Shown: in pieces, positions 30,638-40,816 of the stretch
How the letters are laid out: each line of letters opens with the position of its first letter
How positions within the stretch are numbered: position 1 is the first letter of the stretch
From: an uncultured Chlamydiae bacterium
GTDB taxonomy: Bacteria; Chlamydiota; Chlamydiia; Chlamydiales; JAJFMA01
Assembly: GCA_963713615.1 (NCBI GenBank)
Contig: CAVQMM010000001.1
Span: 2,560,001-2,624,000 of the forward strand
DNA length: 64,000 nucleotides
Reading direction: 5' to 3'
Notes under the pieces: generated by a model
The model's database searches: none
Told to the model about the DNA's origin: nothing
What the model saw: only the letters and a program-made list of their open reading frames with translations
Position numbers and translations under genes: made by a program

Positions 30638-31341
30638 GGTGCCCTCCAATCGCCTTCTGCCGCTTTCTCTAAGACGTCCATGTACCTTCCCATAGAGGCT
30701 TCCGCTTGGGTGAATCGAGGCATACAGAGCTCAATGAGCGAACAGCGTTTGCATGCTGATTTCCAAACTGCCGGTGGCGTTTTTCGGTTTCGATCAAGTT
30801 CATGTAATCGCAACGCAGCAGCCTCAGTAGTTGCCCTCAAGCAAGCGTTGAGTTCGATTTCTAAGCGTTTACGCGGTTCTCCATAAAATATAGCTCCTAC
30901 TGACAGGCTTGTCTGAAGCATTTCTTCAAGACAGAGAGCCTGAGCACATACCTGTACGCGATCGCAGTCGCTAACCTTGTCTCGGCCTCTTTTATACTCA
31001 ACCGGGACTGGCCGCCAGAGTCCTTCTAGATCCGCCAGTCTTACAGCACCTGCTGCCATGCAGATGTTAGGATCTGAGCCATCAATTCGAATAAACTCCA
31101 CTACATCGGCTTGACCGGTAAGTCCTAAACGCAGACTTCTCAGCCGTAAACCACGGGTGATACGAAGACCATCACGAACTTCCGTAGATGGATCATGTGC
31201 CTTTGCATGTAGCAAATTGCCTTCTGCAGTTAGCTTATTGTCAAGCCACTGCTGTTCCAAATGGATTAAGGCCCATTGACGTTCACAAAACATCAGGTGC
31301 TGCAAAGCGGAGATCGGTAAAAGTTCATCCTCCTGAAACAT
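30634..31341 (-). CDS. cas4: Cas4
   Basis: ISALQH..FCERQWALIH, G.ADVVE, PVEYKRG, C..CSL...C. Confidence 0.95.
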   Translation of the reverse strand: MFQEDELLPISALQHLMFCERQWALIHLEQQWLDNKLTAEGNLLHAKAHDPSTEVRDGLRITRGLRLRSLRLGLTGQADVVEFIRIDGSDPNICMAAGAVRLADLEGLWRPVPVEYKRGRDKVSDCDRVQVCAQALCLEEMLQTSLSVGAIFYGEPRKRLEIELNACLRATTEAAALRLHELDRNRKTPPAVWKSACKRCSLIELCMPRFTQAEASMGRYMDVLEKAAEGDWRAP

Positions 31342-31364
31342 AGCTATATGCCTTGTATGGATAT

Positions 31365-31404
31365 TGACCAAAACGAGATCGACCATTGGATCTCGTTTTG
31401 GTCA
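31365..31404. terminator. Perfect 16-bp stem-loop between cas7 and cas4
   Basis: TGACCAAAACGAGATC-N8-GATCTCGTTTTGGTCA; no clear U-tract. Confidence 0.5.
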
Positions 31405-31430
31405 CGTTGACGTTGATGTCTGCGGATTCT

Positions 31431-32315
31431 CTACATACGTAAAAGTTCTACACCTAAAGGAAGTTCGGTATCGTTAATTTGAATATTATAGTCCTCAAAT
31501 TGACGTACGGACTGAACCTCATTTTTTTGCGCAATGGATATTCTATCGAATAATTTGTGAGCAGGGGCATTACCCAGCTGACTGCCATGTTTGAACACAT
31601 ATAATCCCCTGGTCGACATATGCCCTCTAGCAGCGGAATGATCATGTTCAAACATCTGCAAAAGTGCTTCCCAAAACAAATCAAGATCTTCTTCAGAAAA
31701 GCCTGTTTGTTTTGCTAAAGCTGCAGAAATAAAGCCGTGTGCCCTGTACAGGCCATAGGAAACAGTATGTTTCCTTCCCATAGTACGGTTGTCCCCGTCC
31801 TGTTCTTTGGCCTCTTTTTCTGTGGTAACTGCCATTCTCGTAATGGAATGTTCGATGGGAAATATTGGACTAATAGACCTAGCAAAAGTCAACTGCACAG
31901 GTCCACGAACCTGACCACAGCGTTTATCTTTGTCTCCTGTGCTCATGACAGCGCCAAAAGTTCGGATGTCATAGAAATTTTGACACATCCAATCTCTCGC
32001 TTTGTCCACCTTATTTCTCGGCCCTTCATCTGCTTCTGAGAAAAGCCCTTCGTCCAATGCCTTATGGGCTCGTTCATGTTGATGATTTAAGATGGCTTTT
32101 TCCTTAACGTAAATCTCATAAGGAGGTTTGGGGTTACCCTCCATTTTTAGCCCTATATAATTTCTCACCTTTCGCTTAAGACATACATCTGTTATCAAAC
32201 CACAACCGGTTTCGGAATCTACTCGAGGAGTATTACCTCCATCAGGATCACCATTCGGATTGCCATCTTTAACATCGAATAAAAGTACAAAATCATAACG
32301 ATTGTTTATAGACAT
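31431..32315 (-). CDS. cas7: Type I-C Cas7 (Csd2)
   Basis: [47 protein letters not shown]. Confidence 0.97.
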   Translation of the reverse strand: MSINNRYDFVLLFDVKDGNPNGDPDGGNTPRVDSETGCGLITDVCLKRKVRNYIGLKMEGNPKPPYEIYVKEKAILNHQHERAHKALDEGLFSEADEGPRNKVDKARDWMCQNFYDIRTFGAVMSTGDKDKRCGQVRGPVQLTFARSISPIFPIEHSITRMAVTTEKEAKEQDGDNRTMGRKHTVSYGLYRAHGFISAALAKQTGFSEEDLDLFWEALLQMFEHDHSAARGHMSTRGLYVFKHGSQLGNAPAHKLFDRISIAQKNEVQSVRQFEDYNIQINDTELPLGVELLRM

Positions 32316-32319
32316 GAAT

Positions 32320-32688
32320 CTATTCTCCTTTATCTTGTATCTTAGCACTTGAGAAAAACTGTTGGCGCTGATGGTAATATCCCAGGGCAAAGCGAGCCTG
32401 TTCTTCTAATCCTAGTTGTGTCGGAAAATCGGTAAGGCCTCCCAGAACACTCCCTAATTGCCTTTCAAATGATATCGCCAAACCCTTATCTAGCTTTGGA
32501 AGATGATGATTTTTCAGATTTAGCAATGTTGGAAAAACGATAGTGGGTCTTGTTGCGGCAGTGCCATAATACCGCTGACGAATGGTTGCATTAATTCCTG
32601 GCAATGCCTTTTCCTGAATACGTTCCAGAACAGCAAACAGTCGCCCTAGTCGATAGCCTGGGTCGTTATTTGTTTCGTCTAGTGACAC
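32320..32688 (-). CDS. cas11: Internally translated small subunit Cas11c
   Basis: In-frame AAGGAG-N6-GTG giving (M)[15 protein letters not shown]..., 122 aa, matching the known hidden Cas11 of type I-C. Confidence 0.7.
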   Translation of the reverse strand: MSLDETNNDPGYRLGRLFAVLERIQEKALPGINATIRQRYYGTAATRPTIVFPTLLNLKNHHLPKLDKGLAISFERQLGSVLGGLTDFPTQLGLEEQARFALGYYHQRQQFFSSAKIQDKGE

Positions 32689-34059
32689 TTGAATCTCCTT
32701 ATGTTGAGTTCCTTGAGAACGAACCTGTCGGTTCAAATAGGCTTTTAGCATAGCTGCACGAGGGTACGAGATAGTATGATCATCCCCTCGCTCAGCGCGA
32801 ATACGCGCAAGCACACTCAATAACATTATTCGCGGATAGGCCCCCCCGTCCAATATTGCTTTGATGAGAGCACTCGTTATTGATGGGTGCAGATTGTCTA
32901 GTTTTCCTTGCAACGCGGTTGCTCGAAGCAATGTCATTAAGGAAAGATGATCTGGTTCACGCGTGCCATGAACTATGAAGAGATCATCAAAATGCCTTCT
33001 GATATTGCTAGTGAGCTCCTCTACGGGTAACACCCGCCAAAAACGAATAGCTAACCTGGAAGCATTTGGCGAAAGGCCCAAGATGTAAAAAAGGGTTTTG
33101 TCTTTATTGTTAGCAAGAACTCCTGCATATGGAGCAGCATAAATACTTCTAACAGCAGACGCATTGCGATCAGGATTATCCTTTTCAGGCTCTGCGAATA
33201 AGTCAGCAAAACTTTCCTCCAAATCATGCTTTTGGCCAGCCCAAAATACTACTGAAGTATCTCCATTAATAATGAGCCGTTGACGACTTTCTTTGTCGAG
33301 CAAATGATTTAACGCAGTCGTGTAGGAAAATGCGGCTTCTTTTCCTACGGGTGCATTATGTCCCTGATTCTTTCTAAAAGATCTGAAGGACTCTTGCTGA
33401 AAACTAACGATGTTGGTCCCGCTCGGCTGTCCACCTCTCACTCCTTTGATCGATGGATGAACCCTTTCAATAGGCCCTAGGTTACCTGTCACTAAACATA
33501 GCCCTAGGGGTTCATCCTCTTTATCATCTATTTTTTTTAGAGCATTCCTTACGCATGGAGCTTCACAAACCGGTCTGTTGTAGCCTTGAACGAAAAATGA
33601 AGTATTGGCTTTTTTTAGAGTTAAATCATCCCATAATGAATGAGTTTCTAATTCCGAAAGATTACCCTTCTCCAAAAAAGAAAGAACAGCTGCTATCTCA
33701 TCATCATTGCCTATAAACTCTGCCAGACGTTGAATTCCCTTTATAAAAGCCGTTTGCTTCTTCTTTCCATCGTCTGGCTTGTCAGAAGCAATGCCCAACA
33801 CCCACTGCGCATTATCCCACAGAAGGTTTGGCAGTAATTGGGTGGAAGTACGCTTTACTCCTTTGGGAACCAGAAAACGCTTTGGAATAGACTTCTGTCC
33901 TTTCTTCTCACGAGTATCATGAATGTCAACGAAGTAACCATCTCTACTCAGAACTATAAGAAAAGGAATTTCCTTCCATTCCAAACCTGGAGGGGCAATG
34001 CCACTATCCGGATCAGCAGCCTTGCGATTATAGTAGTCGTAGAGTGCCTGCAAAATCAT
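32320..34059 (-). CDS. cas8c: Type I-C Cas8c (Csd1)
   Basis: [45 protein letters not shown]. Confidence 0.96.
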   Translation of the reverse strand: MILQALYDYYNRKAADPDSGIAPPGLEWKEIPFLIVLSRDGYFVDIHDTREKKGQKSIPKRFLVPKGVKRTSTQLLPNLLWDNAQWVLGIASDKPDDGKKKQTAFIKGIQRLAEFIGNDDEIAAVLSFLEKGNLSELETHSLWDDLTLKKANTSFFVQGYNRPVCEAPCVRNALKKIDDKEDEPLGLCLVTGNLGPIERVHPSIKGVRGGQPSGTNIVSFQQESFRSFRKNQGHNAPVGKEAAFSYTTALNHLLDKESRQRLIINGDTSVVFWAGQKHDLEESFADLFAEPEKDNPDRNASAVRSIYAAPYAGVLANNKDKTLFYILGLSPNASRLAIRFWRVLPVEELTSNIRRHFDDLFIVHGTREPDHLSLMTLLRATALQGKLDNLHPSITSALIKAILDGGAYPRIMLLSVLARIRAERGDDHTISYPRAAMLKAYLNRQVRSQGTQHKEIQVSLDETNNDPGYRLGRLFAVLERIQEKALPGINATIRQRYYGTAATRPTIVFPTLLNLKNHHLPKLDKGLAISFERQLGSVLGGLTDFPTQLGLEEQARFALGYYHQRQQFFSSAKIQDKGE

Positions 34060-34721
34060 CCTCTTACCTCTGGGCTGTTGGGTGATGGAACCAACAATAC
34101 TCCCTTGTCTAACGTAGCTCTAAAAAACAAGGGTCGAATATTGTCTGGATCCGAGTAGTTTAGATCATAGAGCATCCATCCAAGATCACGTGACTCGTCA
34201 ATAGGTTCAGGAAGGTCATTGCGATGGTCAAGCAACTCAAAAGAAGCCGCGAATTCACGGCAACCGAGATAAGGTTGATTGAAGCATTGACCATTGTTAG
34301 CCCTACGACGAAACATTTCCGAGAACTTTTGTGTGGTGTTTTCAGGCTTAGCTTGTGAATCAATGTCAAACCTTCCATGAATCAGATAGGCGACATCCCT
34401 CAGTAGCAGGGAGGCTCGCTGTTGTCTGTCTTCTTCAATGTATTGTCCTAGAGACCCTACCCCTCGAGTCATGGCAGTACGTACAGTTCCTCTGGGAATA
34501 ACACTCCCGACTTCATTGCGAAGCACTGACAACCACTTAATGGGATTTAAAATCTCAATCTTGGTAATTCGCCATCGAATTGCGGGTTTCCACAAAACTG
34601 CCTCAAAGATACTCCTGGCCGCAGAAGGGGTCATTATGTCATATGACACCCGTTCTGCCTTCATCTCCGGTCGGGTGAAGCAGGCAAGATCTCCCCATAC
34701 CTTTAAACAAAATTCATTCAC
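34056..34721 (-). CDS. cas5: Type I-C Cas5
   Basis: GDLACFTRPEMKAERVSYD..TPSAAR, QPYLGCREF, DLGWMLYD. Confidence 0.97.
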   Translation of the reverse strand: MNEFCLKVWGDLACFTRPEMKAERVSYDIMTPSAARSIFEAVLWKPAIRWRITKIEILNPIKWLSVLRNEVGSVIPRGTVRTAMTRGVGSLGQYIEEDRQQRASLLLRDVAYLIHGRFDIDSQAKPENTTQKFSEMFRRRANNGQCFNQPYLGCREFAASFELLDHRNDLPEPIDESRDLGWMLYDLNYSDPDNIRPLFFRATLDKGVLLVPSPNSPEVRG

Positions 34722-34732
34722 TGATTTCCCTC

Positions 34733-36994
34733 CTAACAGATAAAAACTTCTGGCTCTTGGTAATGTTCGTCACCTCCCAAAAAGCCCAACTCGTGGTGAT
34801 AAAGCCCCTCAACCTGTGCAAAGTACCCAGGACTCGCAGGTCGAAGTTCTTGAATCTTCTTCTCAGATAAAAGTTGTAGAAACAAACCACGCGGAATATT
34901 TACGGAATATCGTTGTAGTCGGCGCAACACATCTCTGCTTGGACCACCGTCGAAAAGGGCCTTAATCCGCTCCTGAGCATCACCATAATGCACAAAAACC
35001 GAAGCCTGGCTGGAGTCGTCGATGAGTTTGAATTTCTCAGCAGCAGTTCGAAATTGAAACTCTAGATCTCTCGACTCAAGGTCATCCAAGATTCTCTCGG
35101 AATCAAAGTCATTTATGGATGAATAAAACTGTTGAAAGTAGCTGCTTATAGACTCTGGATGAAGAGGGTCTGCCTTGTTCGTTTGGAGCATTTGCCGGGC
35201 TATGGTTTCTCCCTTTCTAAGGATCCCCTGTGAAGCTGGCTTGGGAGGAATAAAAACTACGACCTTTCCCAAATCAAGGCGACCCTCACGATTGCATCGA
35301 CCTGCAGCCTGAGTGATGGAATCAATGCCTGCCAAGGCTCGGTATACAACTGGAAAGTCGAGATCAACGCCTGCTTCCACTAGTTGGGTGCTAATCACCC
35401 TAATAGGCTCACCAGCCTTTAATTTTTGCTTGATTTCACTAATGACATCGGAACGATGCTGCCCACACATGAGCGCTGAAAGATGGTACGTGCCTACTGG
35501 CATGAGTCTGAATAGTTCTCTACAATCATCTCGGCGATTAACAATGCACAATACCGAAGGATAAATTTGCAGCTCCTGTGCAATGTCCTCCCATGAACGT
35601 TTTTCGGATAGGGAGTCGGGTACCTGCACCCGAACTCTTTTCAGCTTGTCATACAGCAAATGCGGTTCATCAATAATTTCCCGTACATTCCTGAGTCCTT
35701 GGAACCGTCTCCCATGTTGAATACGCTCCACAAATTCTGGCTGGGTGGCGGTACAGAGAACCGCTGTCATGTTGTAGTAATCACTCAGAGCCTGTAGCAT
35801 TTTATTGATGGGTCCCAAAAATTTTGTTTCCAGGAGTTGGACTTCATCCAGAATCACTACGCTATTAACGATGTTATGTAACTTACGAGTGCGACTCGAA
35901 CGTGCTGCAAACAGGGATTCAAAAAATTGAACATTCGTAGTTACTATGATAGGAGCATCCCAGTTTTCACTAGCAAGACGACTCTGCGTTGTTTCCTTTT
36001 CTGAATCGAAATTGCTATGATGTTCTACAACGGCATCTCCAAAAATAGATCTAAACTCGTTAGCTGTCTGTTCAATGATGCTTGTGTAAGGAATCACATA
36101 AATAATGCGCCGCTTGCCATGCATAAGGGCATGGTTTAAGGCAAAGGCCATACTAGATAGTGTTTTACCACCTCCTGTCGGTACGGACAGAGAAAATATT
36201 CCCGACTCCCACTCCGCAGCCTGCTTGCAACGTTTTAAGACTGCTGCTCGAAGCTGATTCAATGGGTTTGACTCAACTTTTTGCAGCTTATTGGCCATAA
36301 AGGTTGAGAATTTCACCTCAAGCTCACTTAGAGATGGATACCCCCCACGCAGAGCATTCCTTTCAGCGTTCATGAAAGATTCAGTATCCAGAAAGTCCGC
36401 ATCAACTAAGCAGGAGAACAACATACGAATCCACAGAGCATGCGCATCGCACCCTGGTGGCTTCGAAACAGGAACAGGTAAGTCGTCGGACAATCGAACT
36501 TGATCTAAGCAACAAACCCTATCATACAAAGATGTGTTGGAGATTCGCGTAGAGAGTGAACTTGCACCCGCTTTTTCTGAATTCCAGTCCGGTAAACCTG
36601 CGTGGTGCCCTGCTATTAAATAGGCAATAATCTGACCACGTTTTTTGAGCTTCTCTATAGAGTGAATTGCTCCTGCTGTAGAATGATCCACGCGCCCCTT
36701 TTGTTGTTCAAGGTGCGCCTCGGAATCATACCCACTCTTACTCTTGATGTAATTTTGAAATTCAGATGAATATTTGCCCAAGTCATGCCATAGGCCAGCT
36801 AAAAAGGCCCAATCACCGCAACCAAATTCATCGGCAAAGTTCTTGGCGAGGTGTGCTACACTGCGTAGGTGATCGCCTAATTCATGCGTTTGCCAAGCTC
36901 CGTTTTTTCCTAAACAAACATGGGCCAAGTAACATTGGGATTTTTTGTTATCATCTAGCGCTCTCCTATCCATCCTTATCTCCTCATCATCCAA
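34733..36994 (-). CDS. cas3: Cas3 HD nuclease-helicase
   Basis: HDLGK, HHAGL, LVDADFLDT, VPTGGGKT, DEVQ, STQLVEAGVD, QAAGRCNREG; start uncertain. Confidence 0.96.
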   Translation of the reverse strand: MDDEEIRMDRRALDDNKKSQCYLAHVCLGKNGAWQTHELGDHLRSVAHLAKNFADEFGCGDWAFLAGLWHDLGKYSSEFQNYIKSKSGYDSEAHLEQQKGRVDHSTAGAIHSIEKLKKRGQIIAYLIAGHHAGLPDWNSEKAGASSLSTRISNTSLYDRVCCLDQVRLSDDLPVPVSKPPGCDAHALWIRMLFSCLVDADFLDTESFMNAERNALRGGYPSLSELEVKFSTFMANKLQKVESNPLNQLRAAVLKRCKQAAEWESGIFSLSVPTGGGKTLSSMAFALNHALMHGKRRIIYVIPYTSIIEQTANEFRSIFGDAVVEHHSNFDSEKETTQSRLASENWDAPIIVTTNVQFFESLFAARSSRTRKLHNIVNSVVILDEVQLLETKFLGPINKMLQALSDYYNMTAVLCTATQPEFVERIQHGRRFQGLRNVREIIDEPHLLYDKLKRVRVQVPDSLSEKRSWEDIAQELQIYPSVLCIVNRRDDCRELFRLMPVGTYHLSALMCGQHRSDVISEIKQKLKAGEPIRVISTQLVEAGVDLDFPVVYRALAGIDSITQAAGRCNREGRLDLGKVVVFIPPKPASQGILRKGETIARQMLQTNKADPLHPESISSYFQQFYSSINDFDSERILDDLESRDLEFQFRTAAEKFKLIDDSSQASVFVHYGDAQERIKALFDGGPSRDVLRRLQRYSVNIPRGLFLQLLSEKKIQELRPASPGYFAQVEGLYHHELGFLGGDEHYQEPEVFIC

Positions 36995-37186
36995 CGATTT
37001 GGATCAAACGTCCATGGAATTTACCAACATTACCCTTATTTATCAAGACTAAAGATAATGAATTAATTATTCTACATACAGTCTATAGTTAATCTTATAT
37101 TTTTTAGTTATGCTTGTTGAGCTGTTGTGTCAGAGACTATCAACAAACGCAAAATACTCTCACGTCTGACCAAACTTGAGATTATG

Positions 37187-37346
37187 GGCCTTGTTCACCT
37201 TTACGGTCAGAATTTCGGTCGGACGAAAAAGGTCGGATGTCGTGGTTTGTGACGAGGGCATAGCGCCAGCTATGTCCGAGGAGCAAAACGCGACAGACGA
37301 TCCTTTTGCAGTCGACCGAAAACTGACCGCAAAGGTGAATAAGGCC
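37187..37346. repeat. Palindromic intergenic element (family D)
   Basis: GGCCTTGTTCACCTTTACGGTCAG...CTGACCGCAAAGGTGAATAAGGCC long imperfect inverted repeat. Confidence 0.7.
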
Positions 37347-37419
37347 AGATTATGCATCGAAGAGATAAGATAGAGAACGGGCAACAGATACCCAGGCTAG
37401 CCTAAGGTAAACAGAACTT

Positions 37420-39183
37420 TTATACATTCGTTGCAGCGGACTGCTCAGGGTTAAAATAGATTTTCCAATGAATTTGATTCACCAAGTCTTGTTCGTCATA
37501 AGTCAATGGGGATTTGACCACACCAGTCACATGGTAAGAACGAAGGTGATTCTCTATTAAGGATAGATTTAATTTGTCACACTTTCTCAAATAGCGAGCA
37601 ATGTCTACAGCGCGTTCAACAATCGCCTTTCTGTAATTATCCTCTATTTTTTTTAAATAATCATTACTTTTAACATAACCCAAATCCAGTTGATTTATTT
37701 TTAAATCAAATTCACTATTGTTTTTAATATCGATCAATCCGACAATTGCCCTCAAATAAATACACTTATCTAAGGAGGTCTCGAATCCGTAAGCCAAAGT
37801 GGGATGGATAAGGATTTCTCTTGTCTCCCCTAATTGCATCCCTTTAACTCCTAAAGCCAGTCCAGGAATTGTATTTTTTAAATTAATAACAACGTTAGCC
37901 TCTGTGGCTAGACAATGACCCATCGGTGAAAAGATGCTATAACTTAGTGAAACATGGCATCCTTTGCATTTGACGTCTCCATTTCCACTTTTAATCATTC
38001 GATAGCTAAGTTTCGCAGGAATAACTGTACGGTAATTTGAATCTAGCTTCAATCTTTCAAAAAGTTCGTCTGCCTCTTGCAGGTTAGCCTTGGCTTCCAA
38101 AAATGTTCTTCTATATGCAGGAAATCGAGCCAGTCGGTCTCCACTACCTTGGCTTTCTGTCGCTTTTAATCCTTCAAAAAAGTAAGGCAAATAGTCGGAA
38201 TCATATGTCTGTATTGCTTCCCAAACAGCCTTTGCCATTACCTCATTGATATCGTGTTGTGTGATGAAAGAATCGGAGTTATTTTTTCGAAACGTATGGT
38301 TTTTTTTTCCAAACTTTTGAAGGATTTCCTCTAATGAGAGGGATGACAAAAGGGATTTATTAATTAAATCTTGAGTGTTTTCCAGTTCAGAGATAATTTT
38401 TCGAGAATTGTCTGAACTCTTTACCCAGCCAAAGACAAATTGAGGGGTTTGTGTGATCAATTTGGTCGAAGATGTCGTCGTTTGACTCTGAAGCGTATTT
38501 ATTTCATCGCCAATGGACTTAAAGCTAAAGCTAGGAGAAAATGGCAAAAACTCTTCGTTGTAGTCCTGTCGTATTAACGAGGCTGACTGGAAAGGAGGAA
38601 CATCTTCATCCATAGCCTCTTGAATATTTTCCTTACGAGCAATGTACAATGAATTCTGTTCACCATAACCCAGAAGCTTTCCGATTAGAACTTTGTCTCC
38701 CTTAAGCAGGGAATAAAACGTTTGCCGATTAGATAGTAAGGCATCTAAAAGAGCTTGAGAGGTCACTGCAGGACCCAAGACGTATTGAAATAGTGGTAGG
38801 CTTTCGTTGACAACTTGGTGAAAAAGTGGAATGTTGATCACAAGAACATGGATATAGCCCGGTATGCGGGGATCTTCCCTATTGCAAATGTGAATGATCA
38901 CGTCGGAAGGTGAATCTACTAGATCCTTCCATATACCAGCCCCAGCTCTCAAAGCGGTTGATTGCCTGTGAGTGGTGGAATTAACAGGTAGAGGGTCTTT
39001 GGAGAAGTATCCTTCAACACATACAGGTTTTTTGTTTAAAACTGCATAACCCGACTCGGAATGTTCTAGAAGGGTTTCAACAAAGACCTTTAAAACAGCT
39101 TGCTGTGTTAAAGAAAGATCATATGTTTCCCCGATACAAATTGTCCTTGCCAATATGAAAAATATCATTAAGAAACGAAACAT
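37420..39183 (-). CDS. Secreted protein with a C-terminal FKBP-type PPIase-like domain
   Basis: Signal peptide; TIPGLALGVKGMQLGETREILIHPTLAYG; visibly AT-rich. Confidence 0.7.
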   Translation of the reverse strand: MFRFLMIFFILARTICIGETYDLSLTQQAVLKVFVETLLEHSESGYAVLNKKPVCVEGYFSKDPLPVNSTTHRQSTALRAGAGIWKDLVDSPSDVIIHICNREDPRIPGYIHVLVINIPLFHQVVNESLPLFQYVLGPAVTSQALLDALLSNRQTFYSLLKGDKVLIGKLLGYGEQNSLYIARKENIQEAMDEDVPPFQSASLIRQDYNEEFLPFSPSFSFKSIGDEINTLQSQTTTSSTKLITQTPQFVFGWVKSSDNSRKIISELENTQDLINKSLLSSLSLEEILQKFGKKNHTFRKNNSDSFITQHDINEVMAKAVWEAIQTYDSDYLPYFFEGLKATESQGSGDRLARFPAYRRTFLEAKANLQEADELFERLKLDSNYRTVIPAKLSYRMIKSGNGDVKCKGCHVSLSYSIFSPMGHCLATEANVVINLKNTIPGLALGVKGMQLGETREILIHPTLAYGFETSLDKCIYLRAIVGLIDIKNNSEFDLKINQLDLGYVKSNDYLKKIEDNYRKAIVERAVDIARYLRKCDKLNLSLIENHLRSYHVTGVVKSPLTYDEQDLVNQIHWKIYFNPEQSAATNV

Positions 39184-39270
39184 AGTTTAAAAAATCAAAG
39201 TCCATTTAGCATTACATTCATTTTTTGTTTAAAACGGCACAAAACTTCGCCGTAACCTAAGACAAAGCCT

Positions 39271-39639
39271 TTAAGGCCAAGCTACACAATTACAATGATA
39301 AGGACAGTCCCTCACAACGCAACCCCAGCAGCGTGTGCACCACACTCGATGCCCCATGCGACATCGATCGGTAATTGAGTCTATCATTAAATCTTCAATG
39401 AGACAATATATCCCATTTCTATCCCAGGCGATTTTTTCCGCAAAAACTCGCGCTCCATCAACAAAAAAATAGAGACCTTCATCGGTGATCCATAGTTGAG
39501 TGGGATCAAGATAGATCTTTTTATCAATAATTTTATATTCCTCTGCAAATCGAGCAAGAGGAATTTTGTCGATAGTCGGTGTACCAAAAATAGGGCAGAA
39601 CAGCACGTTAAGCAGGCAGAGGAGAATATTTTTTTTCAC
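39271..39639 (-). CDS. Small secreted protein with a Cys/His-rich C-terminus
   Basis: Signal peptide; CRMGH...CTRCWGC....CPYHCNC. Confidence 0.65.
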   Translation of the reverse strand: MKKNILLCLLNVLFCPIFGTPTIDKIPLARFAEEYKIIDKKIYLDPTQLWITDEGLYFFVDGARVFAEKIAWDRNGIYCLIEDLMIDSITDRCRMGHRVWCTRCWGCVVRDCPYHCNCVAWP

Positions 39640-39723
39640 AACAAACCCTCGCTAGTCCAATAAAAACATATATATATATAAAACACTTTCTTTAAGAGCA
39701 CGCAAAAAGTCGGATTTGGTCAC

Positions 39724-40129
39724 AGTTACCGATCCGGTATGCTCTTGGCTTACGGCTCCAGCGGAAAGATGGGCTTGGATCGCTTTTTTTATCTGGTGCA
39801 TTCCTGTCATTTGGTACCTAGCTATCACCATCCAAGAGCAGCAAATCAAACAATCAACGCCTATTCTTCTTGGTGCAGCGATTGTCGTTGCCCTCGTCGG
39901 TGGCTTAGGGTCTCTGAATATCTTGGGACACATCGGATTAGCTCTGGCGTTGGCGGGCATGCTTCCATTTCGCTGGGAAATCCTTGTCTGGTTAGCCACG
40001 GCGCTGTCTTGGTTGCCCAGTTTTGGGTGGATGATTAAGAGTCTTCCCTTTGCAATTATTCCCATAATCCAAATAGGGTTAGCCTTATTCGGAAGCGCCT
40101 TTTTGTTGTACTGTTGGCGGAGGTCCTAA
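39724..40129 (+). pseudogene. 5'-truncated duplicate of the 25469-25939 membrane protein gene
   Basis: Identical protein from SWLTAPAERW onward; lacks the first ~22 codons. Confidence 0.8.
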
Positions 40130-40130
40130 T

Positions 40131-40724
40131 ATGCAACAGACCGGTCGTACAATAGCACTATGGATAGGGCTAGCTGTGGCGGTAGTCCTGGGGCTTCTAT
40201 GGCAATTCGCACCTTTAACAGACGCCAAGAGCAGGCTGCAGGCCCTTCCCTTGAATGGCCCTAGTTTTATTGGTCAAGATATCGCTCTCTCCGATTGGGA
40301 AAAAGGCTATTTTAAAAATGTCAATGTTCTCAAACGCGTCTACACCATCGGTAAGAAGACGTTGTTTGTCACAGCGTTAGATGGAACGCTAAATCGCCAC
40401 GTGGTTCACGATCCCCTATATTGCTTCCGAGGCAGTGGCTATGAGGTCGCTAGCGAAAAAACTATCGATCTGCCAGATGGTGGCTCCGTCGCTTTCTTAA
40501 AGTTGATTAAGAACAATTCAGAACAAGATGCCATGTATTGGTTCACAAATGGCCAGACAACGTACGATAGCCCCTTACGCTATTGGTGGCAGGCAACTCT
40601 GCGACGCCTCACGCTAGGCATGTCTGGGGAAGAGCCCATTTTGATCGTCGTTCAGCCCATTGACGACCACCCTCTCGACTGGAAAGAGGTCGTGCACTAC
40701 TTCCCTCAGCTTCTCACGCTATAA
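40131..40724 (+). CDS. Second copy of the EpsI-like protein
   Basis: 197 aa, identical to 25941-26534 except one K->E change (GMSGEEP). Confidence 0.8.
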   Translation: MQQTGRTIALWIGLAVAVVLGLLWQFAPLTDAKSRLQALPLNGPSFIGQDIALSDWEKGYFKNVNVLKRVYTIGKKTLFVTALDGTLNRHVVHDPLYCFRGSGYEVASEKTIDLPDGGSVAFLKLIKNNSEQDAMYWFTNGQTTYDSPLRYWWQATLRRLTLGMSGEEPILIVVQPIDDHPLDWKEVVHYFPQLLTL

Positions 40725-40816
40725 AAAGCTTCACAAACGCTCTAGGCCTATTTTTCAATGCTTAAGGACCTCACAATCGTGTTGAATCGTTTTCTTTGTT
40801 TTGTAAATGTCCCTAG

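Larger units (their letters stand above)
39724..40812 (+). repeat. Right copy of ~1.09-kb direct repeat
   Basis: See 25534-26622. Confidence 0.95.
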
